From: an uncultured Holophagales bacterium
Lineage (GTDB): Bacteria; Acidobacteriota; Thermoanaerobaculia; Multivoradales; UBA5704
Direction of reading: 5' to 3'
DNA length: 64,000 nt
Assembly (NCBI GenBank): GCA_963842525.1
Contig: CAWJGT010000030.1
Coordinates: forward strand, 1 to 64,000
Shown here one piece after another: positions 54,639 through 64,000 of this stretch. Made by a program: the position numbers and the translations under genes. The notes under the pieces are model-generated. The model was not told the DNA's origin, did not search any database, and was given only the letters and a program-made list of their open reading frames with translations. Every line of letters begins with the position of its first letter. Positions within the stretch are counted from its first letter, which is position 1.

Positions 54639-55384
54639 CCCGGGATCGGCGGCCCCAGGTTGTCGATCACCGGATCGTGCCCCCCGAGGTGCTCGCCTTG
54701 TACGCTCCAGACGTCGATCCAGTAGGTGAAGCGGGCCGGGATCGACTCCGGCGGCGTCGGCGAGCCAGCCCCCGTCATGAATCCCGTCGCATGAGCGCGG
54801 AGCTCTCCGTTGCCGCCTCCAGCCATCCCGATGAAGGCGGCGAAGGGCCCGGTACGGTTCGTCGAGGTCGTGTGGTCGTCGGACTTTTCGAAATGGAAGG
54901 TGATGAACGTGTCGGGCTCGAGGCCGGAGACGGCCCAGATGGCCGTATCCCCGGCATTCAGGCAGAGCGTGTCCGGCGTGACGTCGACCAGGTATTTCGG
55001 GGCACCGGGGCTGAGGTCGGGATTGGGAGTGACAACGACCTGCGCCTCGGGCGACGTATCGGCCTCTTCGACCTGGTTATCGATCTCGCCCACGTAGCCG
55101 GAGGTCATCGTCGTGCCGGTGTCCGGATCGAGGAGGATCGCCCGATAGGTGTACGTGCCTGATTGGCCGGTGTTGCCTTTCCCGATCACGGCATCATTGC
55201 CAAGCGAGCGCACCGAGTGGAACGGGCCGAGCTGGGGGTCCTGGAACTGGATGAACGGGACGTAGCCCGCCGGGACATGCGAGAAGTGCCACCACACCCA
55301 GTCTCCTTGCGCGAGCGTCGTATGGGTTGGAGTGAACGCCAGGCTTTCCCCTACGACACGGACCTCGACTTGATGGACGGACAT
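54635..55384 (-). CDS. Hypothetical protein with two beta-sandwich (cupredoxin-like) repeats and a C-terminal DP motif
   Basis: GGAGGAG RBS. Repeats TP..L..GD...W...F...GPF...(Y/F)TY, ending HDPVIDN. Confidence 0.72.
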   Translation of the reverse strand: MSVHQVEVRVVGESLAFTPTHTTLAQGDWVWWHFSHVPAGYVPFIQFQDPQLGPFHSVRSLGNDAVIGKGNTGQSGTYTYRAILLDPDTGTTMTSGYVGEIDNQVEEADTSPEAQVVVTPNPDLSPGAPKYLVDVTPDTLCLNAGDTAIWAVSGLEPDTFITFHFEKSDDHTTSTNRTGPFAAFIGMAGGGNGELRAHATGFMTGAGSPTPPESIPARFTYWIDVWSVQGEHLGGHDPVIDNLGPPIPG

Positions 55385-55424
55385 GTCTCTCCTCCTTCGT
55401 TGGTTTGGCTGCGCAGCCGGTCAG

Positions 55425-55440
55425 AGCACGGCGCGTGCCT
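55425..55440 (-). promoter_or_regulatory. Sigma54 -24/-12 promoter
   Basis: AGGCACGCGCCGTGCT (GG-N10-GC), 40 bp upstream of the 55384 ATG. Confidence 0.65.
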
Positions 55441-55448
55441 GGCCGAGT

Positions 55449-55652
55449 CCTCACCCCCCTGTCCCCCTCTCCCATCGCCCTCCCACCGACCGGGAGAGGG
55501 GGGACGTCGCTGGAGCTTGGAGGCGAGGTCGATGCTTTCTCAAGACAGGATCTCTGAGAAGAAACTGCCAGCTATCCCCTCGAAGCACCAACCACGTCCC
55601 CCCTCTCCCGGGGGAAGGGAGTGCGATGGGAGAGGGGGACAGGGGGTGAGGT
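55449..55652. repeat. Palindromic element, intergenic copy between divergent genes
   Basis: cctcacccccctgtccccctctccc...gggagagggggacagggggtgagg arms. The inner right arm ccaaccacgt resembles subtype C. Confidence 0.88.
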
Positions 55653-55700
55653 CTCTCGGATTGGTTACACTCTAGCCGAACCGTTAGGATCTCGCGACCC

Positions 55701-57639
<1,939 letters not shown>

Positions 57640-57648
57640 GCCCCGGGT

Positions 57649-57688
57649 CTCACCTTCTGGTGAGGCCGCTCTCACCGAAGGGTGAGAG
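57649..57688. promoter_or_regulatory. Two tandem CTCACC-N4-GGTGAG palindromes (candidate upstream activator sites)
   Basis: ctcacc-ttct-ggtgag (57649-57664) and ctcacc-gaag-ggtgag (57671-57686), 22 bp apart and 70-105 bp upstream of a sigma54 promoter. Confidence 0.65.
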
Positions 57689-57753
57689 AAAAGCGGTTCT
57701 TTTCTCCCGCTCGGGGTGGGGGATGTTTCCCGCAGGGAGTTTCGGGGGGGCCA

Positions 57754-57769
57754 TGGCACCGTTCGTGCT
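57754..57769 (+). promoter_or_regulatory. Sigma54 -24/-12 promoter
   Basis: TGGCACCGTTCGTGCT matches TGGCAC-N7-GC with exact spacing. Confidence 0.75.
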
Positions 57770-57824
57770 CTTTCCGTCCTCCGACAGCACCTGACCGGAG
57801 GAGACCGAGGCACATGAGGAGAAC

Positions 57825-59101
57825 GTGAGCTTTCCACGCTGTCCCCAGGCTCTAGCCGTCGACTCCGTCGTCGAGCTGCCCGGCCTCGGCCCGGTCGCAG
57901 GGACCCAGTTCGCCGGCTACGCGCCGGTCGATGTTGGGAAAATGCGCGGCCCGATGCCGCCGGTATCTTCTACTGGTTCGCCGGGCCCGAGGACTACGAG
58001 CAACGGCCGACGATCCTATGGACCAACGGCGGGCCGGGATCGAGCAGCTTCTGGGGCTTCTTCCTCGGCAACGGTCCCTACGAGATCGACGCCTCCGGGA
58101 ACCTCAACCCACGGCCGATGGCCTGGAGCGATACGGCCGGTTATATGATCTTCGATCAACCGCTGAGCGTGGGGCTCTCCTTCGCCGAGGACGACGCGCA
58201 AGTGCCGAAGAACGTCCAAGAAGGCACGAGCCAGCTCTACCAGGCCCTCGTCCATTTCATGGCGAAACATCCGGAGATCCGCCGGCAGCCGCTCATCCTC
58301 GCCGGCGAATCCTACGGCGGAACCTATGTGCCGCTGCTCGCGAAGGCGATCCTCGATGGCAACGCGAGCAGGCCCGAGAGCGAGCGCATCCAGCTCGGCG
58401 GCGCGATTCTGGTTTCGGCATGGGTCTCGCCGGGCATCCAGCAGGGGATGGACACCACCTACGCGTTCACGCATGGCCTGATCACCGCGGCTGACAAGGA
58501 GGAGCTCGACAAGGTCTGCACCGAATGCCAGATCGCAATTGCCGCCGAAACGCCCTCCTCAAAGCGCGCTTACGATGTCTGCGGCCAGCTCAAGAGCACG
58601 ATCGAAAAGATCAGCGGTCGCTACCTGTATAACCTCGCGCAGACGGGCGACCCCGACACGGGCCCGGTGACGGCCTACCTGTCCCGCGCCGATGTCCGCG
58701 CGGCGATCCATGCGAAGCCTGAGGGCGAGTTCACGTTCTACTCGGAACGCATCGGCACCAACTACGAGATCGGCGGCCAGGACTCCTACGCCTGGACGGT
58801 CGAGGAGATCCTCGCGGCCGGAGTGAAGGTGATGGTGATCTCGGGCCTCAACGACGCCGCCGACGTCAATTTCCTCGGGGCCGGTGCATGGTTGCATGCG
58901 CTGAACGGCGACGCCGCGGCGGCGTTCAAGGCGGCCCCCACCGCGCAGTGGAAGCCCGCGCAGGAGGTCCTTGGCTACATCCAGGACGGCGGGGCGCTGT
59001 CGTGGGTGAAGGTCCTCAATGCCGGACATATCACGGTGATGGATCAACCCCTGCTGATCGATCTGATCCGCGAGAAGCTCATGGCGGATCTGTCTGACTG
59101 A
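57825..59101 (+). CDS. Serine carboxypeptidase (S10 family), frameshift near 57950
   Basis: FAGY, FYWF, WTNGGPGSSS...NGP, DQPLSVGLSF, GESYGG, AGH. Confidence 0.85.
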
Positions 59102-59113
59102 AGGAGACCGAAC

Positions 59114-59959
59114 ATGAAATCGAAACGTTGGAAGAGCCTGTTCCGCCTCGCCGTGGCGCTTGCCGTCCCGGTCTTATGGAGCGCGTGTGCCACCGAAACA
59201 GGCAGCAGTGCCGGCAAGACTCTCGAGCCCGGCGTCTTGAAAGTGTGCATGTATCCCGGCTTCGCCCCGTTTAACAGCAAGGACGAGCAGGGTCAATGGG
59301 TCGGCTGGGATGTATCGTTCATCGAGGACTTCGCGAAGCGGGAAAAGCTCGCCTTCCAGCCGGTCGAAGTGGCGGACTTCAACGGCATCTGGAACCTGCC
59401 GGGGGAGGGTAAGTGCGACATCGCAGCCTCGGGCATCTCCGACACCGAGGACCGCCGGAAAGAGACCGGCGACGCCGGGACCTGGTCGCAGCGTTACTAC
59501 CGCGTGGTTCGGTCGTTCGCGGTGCGCGCCGCAGACGAGGGCAAGCTGAACAGTATCGAGGACCTGCGGGATAAGACAGTGATCGTGACCGGCGGCTCGA
59601 CCGCCGACTACGACCTGCGCAACCGGTTGAAGCGCGCCGGCATCGAGTCGGTGACCATCGAGACCACGACAGACGAGGCAGCGGCGGCGACAAAGGTGCG
59701 CGACGGCGGAGGCGTGCCATTTGCCTACGGCGGCGGGCTCGGAAGCATCCAGCTCCTGGTCGAGCAACTGGGCGGCCTCGCGGTGGCGTGGCCGCACTGC
59801 AACATGCTGGAGAACGGCACCGAGGTCGACGAGCCCTTCTCATTCGTCGTGCGCGCGAAGAGCTCCGGCCTTGCAGCGGCCCTCGACCAATACATCGCGA
59901 ACCCCGACGCACCCTACGAGGGCGTGCTCCCCGACCTGAAGTGCCCGCCGGCACCCTAG
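59114..59959 (+). CDS. Amino-acid-type solute-binding lipoprotein (SBP family 3)
   Basis: Lipobox WSAC, PGFAPF, GWDV, CDIAASGISDTEDR, GSTA. Confidence 0.82.
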   Translation: MKSKRWKSLFRLAVALAVPVLWSACATETGSSAGKTLEPGVLKVCMYPGFAPFNSKDEQGQWVGWDVSFIEDFAKREKLAFQPVEVADFNGIWNLPGEGKCDIAASGISDTEDRRKETGDAGTWSQRYYRVVRSFAVRAADEGKLNSIEDLRDKTVIVTGGSTADYDLRNRLKRAGIESVTIETTTDEAAAATKVRDGGGVPFAYGGGLGSIQLLVEQLGGLAVAWPHCNMLENGTEVDEPFSFVVRAKSSGLAAALDQYIANPDAPYEGVLPDLKCPPAP

Positions 59960-60047
59960 CGAACAATACCTTCCTCCACCTGGCGCATGGCGCAGCGAAC
60001 CCGCAAGGGCCCGCGACAGGGGAGGTTTATCTGCAAGGAGACCGAAC

Positions 60048-61421
60048 ATGAAATCGAAATCTGGGAAGAGCCTCTTCCGTCTCGTCCGCCTCGCTGTGAT
60101 TTGCCTCGGTCTGCTGCTCTGGGCGGGCGTCGCGCGAGCCGATGATCCCTGCCTGGGCAGCTCGGCGTGGATCCAGAAGCCCGGCCTGCCCGACTTCACC
60201 AAGGAGCCGGCGAACGACTGCGCCTTCCACCAGTTGGCCTGGCAGAGCTTCCTCTACCTCGTCCAGCCCGTAGGCCCCGCGAACAAGGTCCTGCGCTTCG
60301 AAACGTTCGAATCGGTCGCCGACATCTTTGGGCAATCCGCGACCGCCTCGCCATGCACCGATCAGGATGAGCGCAACAACGGACACCGGCGCACCTTCCT
60401 GCCGCGAGCCCGCAAGAGCAGGACGCCAGGGATCGAGCAGTCCGGCACGAACGGCATCCTGATCGATCAGGAGGGCAGCGTCACTCTCTACGAAACCTAC
60501 TTCGATCCGACCTTCGTCTCCTTTATCGCCTCCTGCAATCTGACCGTCAAGGCGTGCGAGACGGTCGATCCCACTCTGCAGGTACCGGTGGGAACCTTGG
60601 AGCTCAAGGTGTCGTGGCGTCCCATCCGGCGCGAGGACCCCAACTACAACCGCTTCCATACGCTCAAGGACGTCACCTTCGACGATCCGCAGACCGGCAA
60701 GTGCGTGACGCGCGACGTGGCGATGGTGGGGCTCCATCTCGTCTACGCGCCACAGAATCATCCCGAGCTGGTCTGGGCGACCTTCGAGCACGTCGCCAAC
60801 GCACCGGACGGCCCCTGCACCGGGCCGACGACCCCGCCGCCCGGCTTCGTGCGATGGACGTACAACGATTCCAAATCGACGGACTGCACGAACATCAACA
60901 ACTGGCCCTCACCGGCGCCGTCAGCTCCCTATCCGGTGACGCAGGTGGTCCGCAACTGGGCCTATGGCACCAACCCGGCCGCCGTGTTCGGGACCGACAC
61001 CATCAAGCAGCTCAAAGCTCTGAACACGTCGATGGCCGCTCTGCTCCCCGGGAAGTCTGTGTGGAGGAACTATTTCCTGGTGGGATCGGTGTGGACCGAG
61101 AACGGAGCGCTGCCGGCCGTCCCGCCGACCTCCCCGGAGGTGTCCGGTAACCTCGCCGGCTCCACCCTCCTCGCCAACGCCACGATGGAGACGTTCGACC
61201 AGAGCCCGAATCCATTGATCACACCTCCTCCCAACAGTTGCTTCACCTGCCACAATACGAGCGCGACAAACCCGCAGCCTGTCCACGTCACCCACTCCAT
61301 TACGAACGCATCGGACCTGAGGGCCTGCCCCTGGAAGACGCCCCCACCGGCCTGCCTGGCTACGCAGCCCAAGAAGACGCCCGCACAGACCTCGGCGATC
61401 CAGCCCGTGGCCTCGCACTAA
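60048..61421 (+). CDS. Secreted Cys-rich protein with a single C-terminal CxxCH (c-type cytochrome-like)
   Basis: Signal peptide, AWQSFLYL, VGLHLV, WATFEH..N, LANATMET, SCFTCH. Confidence 0.72.
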   Translation: MKSKSGKSLFRLVRLAVICLGLLLWAGVARADDPCLGSSAWIQKPGLPDFTKEPANDCAFHQLAWQSFLYLVQPVGPANKVLRFETFESVADIFGQSATASPCTDQDERNNGHRRTFLPRARKSRTPGIEQSGTNGILIDQEGSVTLYETYFDPTFVSFIASCNLTVKACETVDPTLQVPVGTLELKVSWRPIRREDPNYNRFHTLKDVTFDDPQTGKCVTRDVAMVGLHLVYAPQNHPELVWATFEHVANAPDGPCTGPTTPPPGFVRWTYNDSKSTDCTNINNWPSPAPSAPYPVTQVVRNWAYGTNPAAVFGTDTIKQLKALNTSMAALLPGKSVWRNYFLVGSVWTENGALPAVPPTSPEVSGNLAGSTLLANATMETFDQSPNPLITPPPNSCFTCHNTSATNPQPVHVTHSITNASDLRACPWKTPPPACLATQPKKTPAQTSAIQPVASH

Positions 61422-61431
61422 AGGAGACATC

Positions 61432-62768
61432 ATGGCCCTCATCGATCTTCACACAGACTGCGATTACCGGGTACCAGGGACGACAAAACCGATCAGGTCC
61501 TGGAGTACGCGGCTCTGCTCGCCAAGGCGATCCCCTACGTCGGTGGCGTGCTGTCCGGAGTGCTCAGTTTCTTCATCTCCGCGGAGGAGGTGATTTCGTG
61601 GCAGGACATCGAAGACTATGTCGACGACGCGATCGACAAAGCCCTGCTCGAAAAAGACATCCGCGATACCCAGACCGATCTCGATGCGATTCGCACCCTG
61701 CTGTCCGACTACGCGGAAGTCCCGGCCGAGACGCGGGAGAAAGCCCCGGAGAGCTACTACGACGACCTCCACGACCTTTTGCACGACATGGAGCTGCTAT
61801 CCATCAAGACCCTGGGCAACGAGGGCTTTCCGGACTCGCTGAGCAGCGACGGCCTCTGGCATCGGGCTCCCTACGCCCTGCTCGGCACGATTGGGCAGAT
61901 GGCGGTCCTGCATGTCGCCGTCCTGCGGGAGATGCAGGCGGAGATCTACGACATCGAAGAAGGCCGCGCCAAGTACCTCCAGGACAAGCTCGACAAGGCG
62001 ATCGAGGGATACCTCGCGGCCTCGTGGCAGCTCCTGCCCGCCTCGTACCGGCAGCGTATCGGCGAGCTGAGGCTGGTTTGCGACAAGACCGACGAGGACA
62101 TCCAGTGCAACGCCGGGCATTGCCACACCTATACCGAATACCGTTTTGAGTGGCGCGACGACTGGGCAAACGCGCGCGTGGACCATAGAAAGTCCACGAC
62201 CGACGCCAGCTCGAAAGAGGAAAGAGAGGCCAAAGCGCTCCTGAACGACTGGCGGCGCGAGTACCACGATGCCTGGCTGGCCTTGAGCCAGGAGACGGCC
62301 ACCGCGATTTTCGATCAGGTAACCGCTGTGCTCGACACCCTGCTCCCGGTGGCGAGCGCAGCGGTGCGGGACGCCGAATATGCGGAGCGCAAGAAGACAG
62401 GCCTCGTCTTCGGCGGCCTGCGGTGCCAGGTCTCCGTCAGCGCCGACGACACGAGCACCGCGCTGGAAGTGACCGCCTACGCGGCCGGTGAAGCGGACAA
62501 GGTCCTCGACGTCCACTGCATGTCCTGGCAGAAGAACGACGACCGGGAATTCTGGAGCTGGAGGATCGAGCTGAGCGCTGAGCCCAAGCTGCGCGTGATC
62601 TATGGCCTCTGGCACGAGGGTGCCTTCGACAAGACCTGGAAGGCCGAGTCCGCCTGGGTCGCCTGGACGGACCCAGGGCGCACCGCATCGATGAACGGAG
62701 TCAACGGCAAGTACGAGTGGCTGAAGATGAGCGCCAAGTGGCTCGAGCCGGAGATGCCTCAGGTTTGA
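61432..62768 (+). CDS. Protein with Cry delta-endotoxin domain I-like N-terminus; probable frameshift in the first ~50 nt
   Basis: AAGGAG-ATG 61432 is out of frame with the main ORF. Main frame reads AIPYVGGVLSGVLSFF...WQDIEDYVDDAIDKAL...LLGTIGQMAVLHVAVLRE. Confidence 0.6.
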
Positions 62769-62857
62769 GAGGGGCCCCTGGGAGCGCGGGCGTCCCGCCC
62801 GCCTCCCGGACTCTCATCGACCGCGGCGTTGCCTCTGTAAGCCCTACGCCAAGCTCT

Positions 62858-63316
62858 TCATAGGCCGCCCCGCCGCGACACTCTGGACCAGTCGATCAGG
62901 CGGAGGTCCACTCCGGATGCCTTGCTCAGCTGCTCGAAGTCCCGTTTGTTCCGGGTCACGAGCGGAAGCTGACGCGATACCGCCACTGCGGCGATCAGGA
63001 TGTCGCCGAGCTGCTGATGCTGGCTGCGCGTCGCGCCAGACCAGATTTCGGCCGCCACGCTGGCCGCTTCCTGGTCGAAGGGAAGGACGATACAGTCGGC
63101 GACGAGCAGCTTGAAGGCGTGCAACTGCCGTTCGAACGGCTTTCCGGCACGAATCGCGATGCGGTATCCGCGCAAGCGTTCGAAGACTGTCACTGCAGTG
63201 ATCGTCAGCCGCCCAAAGGCGGTCAGATAGGCAAACGTTCGTTCCCTGACCAGGGGGTTGCCTCGGCTCAGCTCGGATAAGGTGTCGGTGTCGAGAACGA
63301 CAGGCTCGTCGTCCAC
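62858..63316 (-). CDS. vapC: PIN-domain (VapC-type) toxin
   Basis: VVLDTDTLS, TVFE, LPFD, DILIAAVA, LVTRNKRDF. Confidence 0.85.
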   Translation of the reverse strand: MDDEPVVLDTDTLSELSRGNPLVRERTFAYLTAFGRLTITAVTVFERLRGYRIAIRAGKPFERQLHAFKLLVADCIVLPFDQEAASVAAEIWSGATRSQHQQLGDILIAAVAVSRQLPLVTRNKRDFEQLSKASGVDLRLIDWSRVSRRGGL

Positions 63317-63320
63317 CGGC

Positions 63321-63599
63321 TCATCGCTCCGGCTCTCTGAGCTTGCGGGTGAGAAGGGGAAGATCCGCAGCAGGGACGTCCCCAAGGCTGGCGGTTGCCA
63401 GCGCGAGGATTTCGGCGGGACTCGGAGCAATGTCTACATCCTCCCCGAAGTGCCGTCGCAGCAACGCAATGACCTGTCCCTCGAAGCTCCGCCCACACCT
63501 CTCCGCATCTGCCGCGATCTTGTCCCGGAGCCTGGCTGGAAAGCGGATGGTGCGGGCGACCGTGGATTCCTGTACATGGGCAAGAGAGGAGCGACTCAT
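63321..63599 (-). CDS. Arc/ribbon-helix-helix DNA-binding protein, likely antitoxin
   Basis: RTIRFPARLRDKIAADAERCGRSFEGQVIALL, directly upstream of the PIN gene. Confidence 0.72.
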   Translation of the reverse strand: MSRSSLAHVQESTVARTIRFPARLRDKIAADAERCGRSFEGQVIALLRRHFGEDVDIAPSPAEILALATASLGDVPAADLPLLTRKLREPER

Positions 63600-63775
63600 A
63601 ACCGAAAAGATACCAGATTGGTGGCTCCTACGCAATCCCTTGTTTGTTGCGCAAGAAGACTGCAGCGCAACAAAATTGTTGTGAAAGGAACCAGTAGCCC
63701 GGGACGTCCTACTTTGCCAGGATAGGTCCCAGCCGACCCGCGGCCAGTTGTACTCGTTGCTGCGCCGGTACGGCC

Positions 63776-64000
63776 TCACTGACGCGCGGCATTGAGGTCG
63801 GCGGGGCCGCCCCGAGAGGCGCTCGCCAACTCATCCGTGCTCCCGAGGATCTTCAGCCAATGGAGGTGGGCGAGAAAGGCTCCCGTAATCGTCCGGTTCT
63901 CGCGGTAGGAGAGCCCGTACTCCTCGGCGGTCGCTTTCACGATCCTGGTCAAGGCCGGATAGTGGACGTGGCAAATGCCCGGGAACATGTGATGGATCAC
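63776..64000 (-). CDS. Fatty acid desaturase, C-terminal part
   Basis: Third His box HHMFPGICHVHYP followed by IVKATAEEYGLSY...HL.WLK.LG. Confidence 0.8.
   Translation of the reverse strand: MIHHMFPGICHVHYPALTRIVKATAEEYGLSYRENRTITGAFLAHLHWLKILGSTDELASASRGGPADLNAARQ

Noticed and set aside
62779-62810. Hairpin gggagcgcgggcgtcccgcccgcctccc after the Cry-like gene
   Set aside because: Single copy in the window with no U-tract; cannot distinguish a terminator from a REP-like unit.

Overview
GC-rich bacterial window, probably Acidobacteriota/Thermoanaerobaculia-like (inferred from gene repertoire, not verified). It holds housekeeping genes (fused 2-oxoacid dehydrogenase E1, RNase E/G), a decayed accessory region (STAND/NACHT-nuclease, IS110-family element, 63-bp tandem array, broken ATPase/DUF4276 pair), a + strand cluster with a flavin halogenase, a BamA-like protein and a 4-module NRPS lacking a thioesterase, an intact ATPase/DUF4276 pair, a BlaI-BlaR1-serine hydrolase unit, two ELWxxDGT proteins (one split by an IS1182-family element), and a kinase/FHA-GAF-sigma54 locus next to an operon ending in a Cry-toxin-domain-I-like gene. 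Highlights: (1) a palindromic CCCTCACCCC...CCCTCTCCC/GGGAGAGGG...GGGGTGAGG repeat family that is intergenic but also inserted in frame four times in the NRPS, with matching intergenic/intragenic subtype pairs; (2) an IS110 element inserted at an AG core in a REP-like palindrome whose right end contains readable target- and donor-matching guide loops (bridge/seekRNA-like); (3) two sigma54 promoters and paired enhancer-like palindromes linking the kinase/FHA activator to the Cry-like operon; (4) a recurring C-terminal domain on unrelated secreted proteins. About eight single-base frameshifts are probably sequencing errors. No rRNA, tRNA or CRISPR array was seen. All family assignments come from motif recognition by eye, with no database searches.
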